This document shows positions 13,201-24,922 of a stretch of 64,000 nucleotides of DNA, piece by piece. The stretch is from Glycera tridactyla (Eukaryota): NCBI GenBank assembly GCA_965644265.1, contig OZ286461.1, positions 77,686,001-77,750,000 on the forward strand. Direction: 5' to 3'. Both the position numbers and the translations under genes were made by a program. Numbering within the stretch: position 1 is the first letter of the stretch; each line of letters begins with the position of its first letter. The notes beneath the pieces were generated by a model. It worked only from the letters and a program-made list of their open reading frames with translations. It had not been told where the DNA came from and made no database searches.

Positions 13201-15994
13201 GTTCACTGATCGCAATTAACACAAAGATTATCAAACTATCTAATGTTAATACAAAGCCGCCTTTTATTTGTATTACTCCCCTAAGATGTTCTTTAATTAT
13301 CCATTATTCCCGGGATCATAACAAGACACCAGCTGTTGCTCAAATGTTTGTGTTTCGTATGAGATCATGCTCAAGCAGACCGTCCATTGAACCTCTAAAC
13401 TTGATTCTGTTCACCCAAGTGTACAATATCAAGGATTTTCATGCATCTTATTTTTGTTCCCAGACAGATGTGTCACTTTCGGGCGATTCCCGTGAAAATC
13501 GCGATCCTGGTCAATTCCCGGTTTCTCAGGCATGTCGGAACACTGCATACTGCATCTATCGCTATTCCATGGCTTTTGAACCATGATGGAATGGCAATGC
13601 TGATATGATTTTCACTTACCTCTGCCACGGCCTCGACCTCCACGTCCTCCAAAGCCACCACGCCCGCCAGGAGGTCCACCGTAACCCCCTCCCCAACCGC
13701 CACCACCATATCCTCCTCCCCAACCTCCACCCCAGCCCTGCTGGTCATTCTTGGGCGTTGCCTTCTTGATATCCACCTGAAGAATCAGAATACAAATTGC
13801 ATAACACCCTGGCAAAGACAATATAATGCCGGCACAGCAATTTAGCATTTTTGTATATGGGTAAATAGTTGAAACTAAAAAAAAAAAAAATCAATATGGG
13901 CTGCATTTTTTTCTCTCAGTTATATGAGTTTTCGACAGGATATTCTGTCCAAAAGTGACATATGGATGAACATGGTGATCAGAGTTCAGATGTTCACAAT
14001 AGAGATTATCAACCATCTCAAACAAACAAAAATTCAACAGTTTGCATGCAAAGGTAGGATGCAGATTTCAGGATGCAAACAATCCCAAATTATCTTTTGT
14101 ATCCACTTTCGCCTGAATAAAAATAGAGTGCATTAGAGCATACTGATGAGACATCACAATCACCTCCTATCTAACTCTCAAATGGAACAAACCAAAAAAA
14201 TATACTAAATAACTGTGCCAACCAAAATATCGATGAAATTCAGACATTATCCAAGAACAATTTGATGACATTAAGAACTCACAGCAGCAAACAAAATCGC
14301 AATCTCATAATTAATTGCAATATATCAGGCGAACAAATTCAACTATCAACATTTTCAAGCATTTCAGTATATAATGAATGATAAGATTACAGAGTACTAT
14401 GCAATATCAGGATCTTTTAATAATCAGATAAAAGCTCGCCTGTTTATCATAGGAGATAGAAAAAAATTATCAGCTTGCTGCATGGAGAGATAGGATCAGT
14501 TACCTAGACTATAAGAGAACAGAACTGAGATTCATTACACACACAATCTCTGCATTACATCAGTTTACAGGTGGCTGCAGGAATACATTACGTGGAAGAA
14601 GTTATGAGCATTAGGAGTTACCCAAAATATTTCACAACCATGATATGTTTATATGTCTGTGAAAAAAAAGTTAATGATAATCATATTCTTAGCCTTTATT
14701 TCTTAAATGGAAACATCAGATAAGATGTAACCTTCAGCTACGAGAGGAGAGATTTGTAGTCTCCCATGCTCATGTACCTCATTTGAGTTTCCACGGACAC
14801 CATTTTGCTGGTCAACGCTGGAAGTGGAAAGAAATGAAACATCATTGGTAAGTGACTGAGGGCACAAAGTGAACAAAACTACAACAGCATGAAAATCCTT
14901 TATCCTTCTTTGAGTTACGTTACCTTAGACTTAACGCTTAGGGAAGATGCGGGACAGTTGTTGGCTTACCACTTATACCTTTTTATCTGGAAAGGAAATC
15001 AATGTCACACAAGAACGAGTGACAGAATTAAATCAAAGGGGTGCTTGGATGGAATAAAAGGGCTTTTATCTTTATCCATTCATGCTTAGAAGTTCTCATA
15101 TTACAGCTTACTTTTACCTGGAAGAGAGAAAAAATTCAACACTTAGACAACTTTACATTATCATGAACTGTATAAAGTCATATCATATTTAATGAAGGTG
15201 AGAAATTATCACGGAGACATACCTTTTTGCTACCAATGTCTTGCTTAGCTCTCTCACAGCATTTGTCAACTATTGCCTCAGACTCAAATGTAACGAAGCA
15301 GAAAGCCCGCCGCTGATTCTTTTGCTTGTCAAAAGGTAAATCGATTTCAGTGACCTGCAAAATACAATAGTTGTTCACAAACCAGAGTATGATGTGAGAT
15401 ACCAACTAATTATCACAGTTTTTGGTTGGCCCTAATCAACCACAACATCGTAAAGCATGCAAAATAGCCTATACATGTCAATATTTCTGTGAGGAAAGTA
15501 GCTCATCCACCACTGCTACAAGACAATTCTTATCCTATATCAGTCTCTTGTCTCATTTACAAGGATCAACCGAATGGTTTCAGAAATGAATGGTGTGAGT
15601 GGGCAACATTTCTCTAGAAACATGGTCCATTTTCTTAACATACCCTCTAAATATTGGGGTTCGGAGACATTCAGCAATATTCTTTTCTATTACAAACCAA
15701 ATTTTCTGATAACAGAAGTACAGTAATTAAATCACAACCAAACTCAAATTGACTCGGGGGCTGCAGAAAACTAACTCACCTTCCCATATCGCTCGAAATA
15801 TTCCCTGATTTCGGACTCTGGCACAGTTGGGTCAAGCCCCCCAACAAATACCTTCAAGATGGGCTCTCTGCCACCCCGAGCCTTGGCCCTCTTAGGATCG
15901 ATGTTGCGTCCATGTAGGTTATGTCGCTCGGTCAAGATCTGCAAGAAATATCAATTGGGGTTGATTTACCAGCACAAAAGATCTGTGAGGGTGT

Positions 15995-16053
<59 letters not shown>

Positions 16054-19000
16054 GTGTGCACACAAGAGTATGTGAACAGCCAGGGCCTGGTATCATGATT
16101 CCATGACAGCTTGGGGGGGGGGGGGGGGGGATGCATTGTCAGTACATTCCTCATAGCTGCTCAGTGACCTTCCCTTTTATGTGACTTCATGGTGCAGTGG
16201 TTAGGGGTGCTGGCAGCGTATTCTGGGTTTATTGACGATGGGTGCAAATTCTCAGAAAATTGGCACCACTGTAGAGTTCGGGAGTAAAATTATGTCTACA
16301 CTGAATTTGGGATAGGGGTACATAACATGGGTACTGACCTTATCCACTGTGGCTGTATCGCCAAACAGAACAAAGCCAAATCCTCGTGAACGACCAGTCA
16401 TTGGGTCCGTCTTGAGTGTAGCATCAAGAACGTCTCCATACTTGCCAAAATAATCTTTTATGTCCTCTGCAAATATTGAAAGTCGAACATAAATTCAATT
16501 CAATGAAGAGAAGAGAAGGGAAGATAAGAGAAAAGAAGAGAAGAGAAGAGAAGAGAAGAGAAGAGAAGAGAAGAGAAGAGAAGAGAAGAGAAGGGGGTCT
16601 CTCTACTTGAAGGTATATTTGGAAAAAAGCTCCCATGGGGCAGAGCTTCAGATTGCTGGTGGGCCCGTGCCCATGACCCACATTTGTACCTTTTTGTCCC
16701 ATTGATTTCACCTATCACGGGTCTCCTGGCCCAGCTTTTTTGTCCCTTTTTAAGCATTGATAAATAGTGGATGGCCCAACTTATGATTAATGACCCAAGG
16801 TATTTCTGATTATGGGCAATATGCGCTCACTGATGGGCTCTGATGGTTTAGTGGTCTCCTTTTGGAGCTAGTGTTGGGAATTGGTTGGATGTTTGTAATC
16901 GATCATCAGTTGGGACAAACCAACTGATGATTGGTTACAATCGGTTGGCGTTCCCCCACCTGGCGGTTCGGCCGGGAACTAATCACGCATGTAGCGCCAT
17001 CGCCTTGCCGCAGTCTCTTTCGTAACTATCGGACTGTCAACAACCAAAATTGTTGCGGGACTTACGTTTCTCCACCCGCGAACGAATAAAACCGCTTTTC
17101 GCCTCAATTTTAAAGATAAATTCACCGATATATGACGGATGTTTCAACCCGAATTTTGTGAGATGATTATTCTGATTAAATTGATTGTTGACTTTCGCAA
17201 GTAAGCGCTTGGTTCGGTGATGTAAAAGACCAATCATCGAGTATATTCGATCATTGGCTCACCACTAGTTGGAGCTCTTCTCATATCAGGGGGTCTCTCA
17301 TCACAGGTTGCATGCCAACAAGGTAGTACAATAGAGCAATGGAGGACTGGCCAACAGCCTCAAGGAAAATGAAAATAGCTCTCAAATACTAAACATGATG
17401 CATGTTTTGAAAGGGGTTTGCACTTAACATCAACTGAGTCGAGTGCAATTGCTCACATATCATTACATGTACTACATGCATAAGAGCTTCCGATTGTTGA
17501 TGGCCCCGGGACCATGGCCTACATTTTTCTTTTTTGGACCATCAGTATCTCCTACTATGGGTCTAGTGGCACAGCATTTTTGTCTATATCAACCAATGAT
17601 CATGAGATGGCCCATCAATATGGAGTAATGGCCCATGGGTCACATGGGCCCACTCATTCCTCAGAAAATCTGAAGATCTGATGCATACATACTTTATAAA
17701 TACGCACTTTTATCTCCAACCTGTAATTTGGATGCTGTACTTATCACTATGATACATAAAGTAATTTCATGCTAGCTATTTCTGCCTAAGGCATCAAAAG
17801 TACAATACCTCAAGAAAACTGGCTCCTACTTACTGACTGTAGTTTCCCAGCTTAACCCGCCAATGAAGATTTTCCTGTGAACAAAAATAGAGCAAGATTC
17901 AGCAGTGTTGACCTGACAAGACTAATGTTCCTCTCCACCAATTAGAGTCAGCAACAGCTCCACCCCCTTGACAGAAGAGGGTAAATGTGAAAAACTTGGT
18001 TGAACCTTGGGAATCAGCGCGATCGGCCGATAGCGCTGGGCACATGACCGATCGCTCGTTAGCGCCATGATCGATCGCACAACAATTGACAGATGACAGG
18101 CAAATCGACAGATTTTATTCGCTATATTCATTGAGGTATGAACAAAACAAAATTCCCTATCGATTTATGTACTACATCATGATTTCAATGTATTCATATT
18201 GTTACATCATGGCCGAAAGTTGGCGATATCGGATGTAAACAATTGCCGCCATCTGGTTTTTTCACTCAGCTGTCTCCCACTTTGATGCTGGATATTTCGG
18301 CAACCACCCAATATACAGAGGGCTCCCACACTTTGATACAAATGAAATTCAAGGGCTTTTCCAGGGTTTTTCCCGGGCGCTCACGATAGCATTCAAATTT
18401 TCGCGCCTAAACGTAAGCTGCTGATAGTTTACGTTGATCTCACTAGGCGCCGAGTGGCGCTGTGATTGACTCGCGAATAGCGCCACATGACGGAATTATC
18501 GGGAACTAACACGAAAACAAGATGCGCAGAAGACGTTTTTACGAGCATCCCGTGTATTTCGCGCGCAGCTTTTGAACCGGCGTTCTGTAAATTGCAATTA
18601 ACCAGTAGGATTAGCGATTATCAGCCAATCTAATGGTAATACACAGCCGTCTTTTGTTTGCGATATTCCCCCGAGACATTCTTATTCCGTCATCTATTCC
18701 CCGGGCCGTGACCAGACACCAACCGCTGCTCGAATGTTTGTTTCGTTTCCGATTACTGCGCAAGATAAGATGCGGCCGTGGCCATCTCTGACTGCTACAT
18801 TTGAACCACCCATGTGCTGAATCTGCTGAAAACACACGATTTTCACAGAATTTCAGCAATTTTCCCGGGTTTCGGGGGTTTTCACGGGCATTTCAGTAAA
18901 TTCCCGGGTTTCTAGGGTTTTCACGGGCATTTCGGTAAATTCCCGGGCTTTTTCCGACCGGGATCGATGATTTTTGTATTCCCGGGATTTTCCCGGTTTC

Positions 19001-21869
19001 CCGGGCGCGTGGGAGCCCTGTATACAGCAAAAGCTAATACGGGGTTCCAATGGCATGAGTTATAAGATCATTGGACAGAAGTTTCAAAAAATTTCAATGT
19101 GTTTAGCTCCTTCAAATACGAGTGCAAAGTTACTATTTCACGGCAAACTTTCTTCATTAGGCAGTGCTGCGTGGGCGCCAACTCCTCCACAGTCCTTGAT
19201 GCAGGGCGCGAAGAGATCGCCTCCCGAACGTCCCGGGCGTGTCAGAATCGCGGTCGGGCGGGTACATCTCAAAGTAACACGGCTTTTTCGGGCGGGTTCT
19301 TTTGGCCATATTTCTATTAGATCGCATATAAAAGTCGCGAGAACGAAGTTTATTTGTCAAATTCGCTGGCGAGTTTCGTCACTTTCGGAAGACTCAGCGC
19401 CATCTTCAACGCTGGAGGTGATAAAGAATCGACACAGATATCTCTCGCGATCCCTGATTGGCCAAATTGCCGGAATCGCGGCGAAATCGACCAATCAGCG
19501 ACCTGCTTTCATGGGGCTCTCGTCGCGAGATGTCAACAATGTGCGCAGAAGACGATTTCCGACCATCTGCGCAGGTTTCGGAACCACGAGGAAGCCGAGC
19601 TAACGAATGAATCTTATCACGTTTGACGTGTTTTTCAAGGCGATTCGACGTATATATACGAGTGTTTCCACAATCCCGATGACATTTATAAACGGACGGG
19701 TTGTTTTTCGGCGGGGGCGGGTGATTTTGAATTTTACCCGCCCGTCGGGCGGGTGTTTTTTTTCGATGTCTTCGCGCCCTGCTTGATGGCACAGCACCTA
19801 TCAGCCGATCGCGCATAACACTTATATTCATTGCCGCACACATACGTCACACACGCTGAGCATCTTTGGAAATTCCCATAGCGACCAACGATGACCATTC
19901 GCGTGACCGCAAGCCGAAACGTCATCGAGCAGCGGAATCAATTGAATAGCCTAGTTTCCCTGAAGATCACCTGAGGAAAATCGCTATAACTTTTGAACCG
20001 AGTACCCGATTCCTACAAAATAAACAGTTCCTGAACACCGAGAAGTTAGTCTATTAAGATATGAATTCATGATGCGATCATCACCGAATTAAAGAGAATT
20101 AATTGCCTTTTGTTCTGTAAACGCTGTGTATCTCACATGAAAAGAAACTAACTTCAAACAACTGAGGAAGCCATGGCTCATGTGTCGCTTACAGTCTCCA
20201 TCACGATCAAAGCTCAATTGTGTTGGGCCCAAGTGGGACACGGGATTAGCGGGGAGCGGGCCGGAGGCGTGAACAATAGGTGTAAACTTCAAAAGCAGCC
20301 GTGGATTCCAATGAATGCGCCGTATCTCACCATGTAAATCCCATTTTCGGTGTTTAATTTCACAGGAACCACTCAATTGATCATAAAGGCGAAGACATGG
20401 ATGAAATTGCCATGATCAGCAGATTATCCCATGTGATTTTGATTCATATCTGTGGACTTCATCAATACTAAATTTGACTGCACAAAATTGAATTCACGGC
20501 AAACTTTCGGGACTCCGTGTGCTTATAAAGTCGTAGTGAATAGTAATGTGTGCTTTTCAACTCAAAATTAGAAGCTTCGATCATATGACTGCTTAATGAG
20601 AATTCAATTTTTTTATTTTTTTCAAATTCAAAATCTTTATTACATACCGTATCACAATACATGTAACATAGGCAACTACATAGTAATAAAGCATCTACAT
20701 GGCAAGAAAACAAAAACTCACACCCACATCAGAAACACATCCAGGTACCAAGCATGAAAATGTATGACAACAAATTATGAAAAACCAGTCGATATGTGAC
20801 ATGAGGTATGAGGGGCAGGATAGATTTGCTTATGTACAACTCAACTGTGTAATATCTGTTATCATTATTATATCATTATGAAATGGAACTCATCATCCAC
20901 AATATTCCTCCCTATCATGCTGCATTCTGGACAAAACCTCTCTTCTTGTGGCGTTACAGGTCTGGTGTAACGACCACGCTCTACCTGGAGTTGGTGACTG
21001 CTGATTCTAATGCTTGTTAGTGCTCTTCTATGGTCATTTATTCTAACTTGATCTAGATAGGGCTCATACAGTGGTGAGCTCTTGAATGATCTATATACGC
21101 TGAGTTTTCCCTCATTCTCTTTCTTTGCATGCAACTTATTCTTCCAATATACCTCATAACTTTTGGTCCGGTTTTTCTTGTATCTGACATATGAGATGAA
21201 GATTCATTGAACTTAATCCAGCTTGATGATTATGAAGATTAGTTGCCTCTCTCCTATCATGGCATTGAGTTTGACAGGTCCGCTTGCCGTCATAAAAATG
21301 GCCGCCACATAACTACGGTGCCTGCGCATGCGTATCGGCTATCTGTGCGGCAAAGAATGCAGGAGGGCAGGTGGAAATGTTGGGTAGGGCAGGTGAAAAT
21401 CCAAAAACATAATGTAGAGCCCTGAAGTGTGTTGTTGTGCACTCTTGCGGCATACTGATTGAACATATATTTTGTTCATTACAACAAGGCTAAAATGAAC
21501 AAATCGCATCGGTGAACAAATATGAGAAATACCCCCCCCCCCCCCCCCCCCCCCCGAGCAATCACTGCAACTCAGTCATGGGGAGGAGCGTTGCCAGATC
21601 AGTTGTAGATTTCGATAGGAATTTCGCATCTCACGCCTATCATCACAGTCAGACGGATGCGTCTCATGCATATGTTGTACTCATGAGTACAAACCAGTGG
21701 CTCTGATGTCAACAAAGTAGAGCTTTCAGTAAGAAAATGGCTGCAGGAACAAAGATGGCTGAAGCCAAGCCGGCTTTCTGAGGTGAAGTCGTCTCATCAA
21801 CCAGTCTCACCTCTCATCGTCGTCATTTTTGGATGCATTGATCTTCTCCCCGGAGTGACCGTTCTCCAT
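7181..21869 (-). CDS. HNRNPAB/HNRNPD-like: hnRNP A/B-D family (squid/Hrp40-like) RNA-binding protein, 9 coding exons, 335 aa
   Basis: Exons 21869-21811, 17874-17834, 16466-16339, 15938-15780, 15354-15223, 13776-13620, 12220-11996, 11762-11727, 7251-7181 all have GT-AG boundaries, compatible phases and sum to 1008 nt. RRM1 has [20 protein letters not shown]; RRM2 has [15 protein letters not shown] (the FCF RNP1 variant typical of hnRNP D/AB). RGG box, Gly/Tyr-rich tail and C-terminal GYHPYSR*. Exact vertebrate orthology not determined. Confidence 0.95.
7991..8641. mobile_element. Tc1/mariner-pogo-like non-autonomous element (CCGTATATAC termini, TA TSD)
   Basis: TA|CCGTATATACTTGCATATAA ... TTATATGCAAG..GTATATATGG|TA. 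Confidence 0.6.
9296..9783. mobile_element. MITE with CAGTCAAACCTG termini and TA TSD (Tc1/mariner-type)
   Basis: TA|CAGTCAAACCTGTC ... GCAGGTTAGACTG|TA. Related copies or fragments near 7400-7500, 27765, 38568, 49142 and 61905-62078. Confidence 0.7.
11727..11762 (-). CDS. hnRNP coding exon 8, 36-nt microexon ([12 protein letters not shown])
   Basis: TTTTGTTTTGCCTCAAAG acceptor, GTGAGT donor; in frame, phase 1/1. Confidence 0.85.
11996..12220 (-). CDS. hnRNP coding exon 7 (Gly/Tyr/Asn-rich low-complexity domain)
   Basis: GTTGATACAG acceptor, GTATGT donor; reads [22 protein letters not shown]...GYGG; 225 nt, phase 1/1. Confidence 0.92.
13620..13776 (-). CDS. hnRNP coding exon 6 (VDIKKATPK...RGG box)
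   Basis: TTCTTCAG acceptor, GTAAGT donor; [16 protein letters not shown]. Confidence 0.95.
15223..15354 (-). CDS. hnRNP coding exon 5 ([10 protein letters not shown]...[10 protein letters not shown]...GSKK)
   Basis: TTTTGCAG acceptor, GTATGT donor, RNP1 of RRM2. Confidence 0.95.
15780..15938 (-). CDS. hnRNP coding exon 4 ([18 protein letters not shown]...[10 protein letters not shown]...YFERYGK)
   Basis: TTTCTTGCAG acceptor, GTGAGT donor, phase 0/0. Confidence 0.95.
15991..16050. repeat. (GT)n/(CA)n microsatellite in hnRNP intron 3
   Basis: About 30 dinucleotide units read directly. Confidence 0.95.
16339..16466 (-). CDS. hnRNP coding exon 3 ([10 protein letters not shown]...[16 protein letters not shown])
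   Basis: TTTGCAG acceptor, GTCAGT donor, RNP1 of RRM1. Confidence 0.95.
16506..16592. repeat. (GAAGA)n/(TCTTC)n pentanucleotide repeat upstream of the hnRNP exon 3 acceptor
   Basis: Read directly. Confidence 0.9.
16869..17267. mobile_element. hAT-type MITE, TAGTG termini, 8-bp TSD
   Basis: TAGTGTTG ... CACCACTA; flanks TTTGGAGC / GTTGGAGC (7/8 match). Confidence 0.6.
17834..17874 (-). CDS. hnRNP coding exon 2 ([13 protein letters not shown])
   Basis: TTTTTGTTCACAG acceptor, GTAAGT donor, RNP2 of RRM1. Confidence 0.95.
18317..19020. mobile_element. Non-autonomous DNA element with (C)AGGGCTCCCAC / GTGGGAGCCCTG ends
   Basis: Inverted termini; left end is mutated, so the TSD (TATAC?) is ambiguous. 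Internal short tandem repeat near 18860-18950. Confidence 0.55.
19202..19781. mobile_element. MITE with CAGGGCGCGAAG termini and 7-bp TSD
   Basis: CAGGGCGCGAAG ... CTTCGCGCCCTG; CTTGATG on both sides (19195-19201, 19782-19788). A related right end lies near 13150-13197. Confidence 0.75.
20605..21240 (-). mobile_element. 3' fragment of a non-LTR retrotransposon (LINE) in hnRNP intron 1
   Basis: ORF 21134-20868 reads ...[16 protein letters not shown]...ERFCPEC...[10 protein letters not shown], the zinc-finger-like LINE C-terminus. A-rich/AATAAA tail near 20610. Confidence 0.8.
21811..21869 (-). CDS. hnRNP coding exon 1 ([20 protein letters not shown])
   Basis: ATG at 21869; donor AG|GTGAGA; phase 2 matches the next exon. 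KINASK.D.D resembles the D/AB pre-RRM motif. Confidence 0.9.
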
Positions 21870-21994
21870 CGCTGGTCTTTTCGAGTGGTCTTGGAGTGAA
21901 TGGATGTCTTTGAGCAGCAAAAATTCACAAGCGACGGCAACCTAACCGAACGTCAGCTTCCCAGAGACCGTCGAAGACAACCACGCGACGGAGA

Positions 21995-22023
21995 GCGCAT
22001 GCGTCAAACTCATAGGTCACGTG
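21995..22023. promoter_or_regulatory. Putative hnRNP core promoter motifs (NRF1-like GCGCATGCG; E-box GTCACGTG)
   Basis: CpG-rich stretch about 130-150 nt upstream of the ATG. A second TGCGCATGCG (21323-21332) and YY1-like AA(A/G)ATGGC motifs occur in proximal intron 1. TSS not determinable. Confidence 0.55.
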
Positions 22024-22050
22024 GTGCACGCGCTTTCACGCGTCTCGCAG

Positions 22051-24918
22051 GTGTGTGTGTGCGTGCACTTTATTCTATATTCTGTGCTTGCCCTCCTGGT
22101 ATATTCAGGTGCCTCCCTCTACAGAGGTGGCTTGGCATTTATTTTCTTCCCAGGTTGCCATGATTTTCTCCATGTATCTCATGTTTTCTGGTTTTCTGTC
22201 AGTTAACATTTGTTTTATCATATCCTTCTGCACTTCTTCACTTTTCTGTTTCAACTCCTCGCTATGTAAACTCCTGGTTTTATCACATTGAGTCAGGGTG
22301 TGTATGATTCCCCCTTCTGTTTTTTCGCATCCTTTGCATACCTTTCCTTTTGTCGTTTCTGTGTTCCATCTTATGTTGTTTAGCCTCCATTTCGTGAAAT
22401 TCCTGCTTTCTTTTGTGTCTGTTATGTACTCCTCTCGCATCGGTCGGAATGTCTTTTTCGGATATTGTTGTAATGATTTCAGTCCTTCTATTTCCTTCTT
22501 CCATGTATCTTGTTCCCAAATCTCGACTTTGTTATTTACATAGGTTTTCCATTGCTTGTGGGATTTTTCCCTCTGCCATTCTTCTAGGTCAATCTGTATT
22601 TCTTCTGCTGTTTCTTTAATTTCTTCCCACCATTTGCTGTGTCGCCTTCCTTGCCTTGCTTCATCCCATAAGCTTTTTATCCAGCGGGTTTCTTTCATGA
22701 AAGCTATCTTACCAAAAAAGTTTAGTTTCCTTCTCATTATCTCTCCTTCAATTTTTTTCCATCCTAATTCACTCCTCACACCTGCTTTTGGTATTCCGTT
22801 ATTTCCCTTGAGAATCCACTTCCCTGCTTCATATTGAATGTGTTCTAGTTCCTTTTTTGTTGTTTTATTAAATGGTAGTACTTCGCACGCATACAGTAAT
22901 GCTGGAATTATCTCTCCTTTCCACAGAGCATCTGCTGTCCATATTCGGTTCATGCTTTGTTTTGCTATTATCTTCATGGCGTTTACCTTGTTTATTCCTT
23001 TCTTTTTCACATCTGCCAGGTGTTCTTTAAACGGGTTTCTTTTCCTGTTGATGTATATACCTAGGTATTTGTATATCTCTGTGTTTTGTAGTGAGATTTT
23101 TGTTCCTTCATTTTCCACTGTCCATTCCTCGTCTCTCACTTTCCTTCCTATACAGACTACTTTACTTTTTTCCTGGCTGATTTCTAATTTCCATTCTGTC
23201 GTGAAGGCCATGACTTCTTTTATCAATTCCATATTTTCCTCTTCTGTATTTGAAATCAGGACTATGTCATCTGCAAAAAATAGGGCCGGTATTTTTTCTT
23301 CTTTTATTTTGAAGCCAATATTTTTTCCCAACAGTCTTTGTCCTAGCTCACTCATGAATATGGCGAAGAGTACCGGTGATAGTGGGCAGCCTTGTTTCAC
23401 TCCCACTTCCACATCCATCCATTCCGTTTCTCCTATATCCAGCACTATTTTACATCTGTTTTCTTTGTATATTTCCTTCAACATATTGACCCACTCCCCC
23501 TTGAAGCCATTGTTTTCCAAGCATTTCCACAGTCCTTTCCTCCATATCCTATCATACGCCTTTCTTAGGTCTATGAAGGTCAATATGATTCCTCTTTTCT
23601 TTCTTTTGCTTTCTTCAATTGCTTCCCTTAGGATCAGGATATTGTCTGTCGTTGATCTGTCTTGTCTGAATCCGGCTTGTATTTCTCCTAATATATTTTC
23701 TCTTTCTACTATATGTTTTATTCTTGTTGTTAGTACTCTCATCCCGATTTTTGCCATGTTGCTCCCTATTGATATCCCTCTATAGTTGTTTAGGTCGGTT
23801 TTCGATTTTCCCTTGTGCAGCAGCTTTATTTTTTCTTCTTTCCATCCATTGGGCCAATCTCCTTCTTGTAGACATTTATTTATTAGGAGTGTTATGTGTT
23901 CTCGCACCTTCTTTCCGCCGTATTTCAAAAATTCATTTGGTATTTCATCCAATCCAGATGCTTTCCTATTTCTTCCCATTTCTATTGCCTCCTTTACTTC
24001 ATAACTGGTAACAGGTCTTTTAAAATCTTCTGACCATGTATTTTTTCTTGGTGTTAGTTTTGTTTCTGTGACATCATCCGATCTGGTTTCCGTTATTAGT
24101 TCTGAAAAATATTTCTGTGTTTCTTTCAGGACAGCTTTGTCTTCTTTGATTGTTTCCCCATTTCTTTCAATCATCTGTATGTCTTGGTTTTGTTTCGTGC
24201 CCTTTGCCATTTTCCATAGGCTTATACTGCTGAGACCTCCTTCTTGAATGACTCTAGCGTTCCATTTATCTCTTAGTCTGTTCTCCCTTTTGCTTCTCTC
24301 CAGGGCTAGTTTCTTTTGTATTTGCAGGTATTTATTCCAATTCTCTTCGACATTGCTTTCTTTGTTCACCAAACTTTGTCGCCATTTCTTTCCCAGTTGG
24401 TTCCTTTTTCTCCTTAGCTTCTTCAGTTTGCTTGGTTCTCCTCTTCTCCCTTTTCTCTTTTTTCCGATGGTTTGTTCCGCTGATTCAATCAAGTTTGTAG
24501 TCATCCATACTGCCGCCTGTGATGTTTCTGCTGGTATTATCTGTTGTTTGTAGTTTTTGCTTCTTTGTTCGTATGTCTCGGAGAAATCCGTCCAGTTTGT
24601 GTTCTCCCCTATATTCCATTTGTCCCTTTGTTTTCTTGTCCTGGTTTGTGCCCCATGCTTTATCTGTAGTTTTATCCAGTTGTGGTCTGAGCCTATGTCC
24701 CATTTCCCCGTTTCATCAATCTCCATTCTTTCAATGTCTTGTAGCATTTCTTCATCACAGAGTACATAATCTATCACTGATTTTTGGTTTCTGCGTCCCC
24801 AAGTCCATGTACCATCACATTTATCTGTCGAGTTAACTATTTTCAATCCCAGGTTTCTCCTGAAACTGTTTACCAATTTCCCATTAGTGTTTGTCTGGTG
24901 TTGAAATTCCATCAACAA
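22051..24918 (-). mobile_element. LINE with uninterrupted 937-codon ORF2 (partial APE, RT, CCHC zinc knuckle), 5' disrupted
   Basis: VIDYVL..GSDHNWI (APE C-terminus); YRGISI, QAGFRQDRSTTDNI, FIDLRKAYD, GVKQGCPLSP, FADD, YKYLG (RT); CKGC-X7-H-X4-C. AATAAA at 22074-22069 followed by a (CA)n tail. Clade not assigned. Confidence 0.95.
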
Positions 24919-24922
24919 TTAA

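Noticed and set aside
16188-16260. tRNA-like A-box (TGGTGCAGTGGTTAG) and weak B-box
   Set aside because: No cloverleaf or anticodon arm can be folded; at most a decayed SINE head.
22838-23785. 315-aa plus-strand ORF
   Set aside because: Antisense shadow of the purine-rich LINE ORF; no independent motifs.
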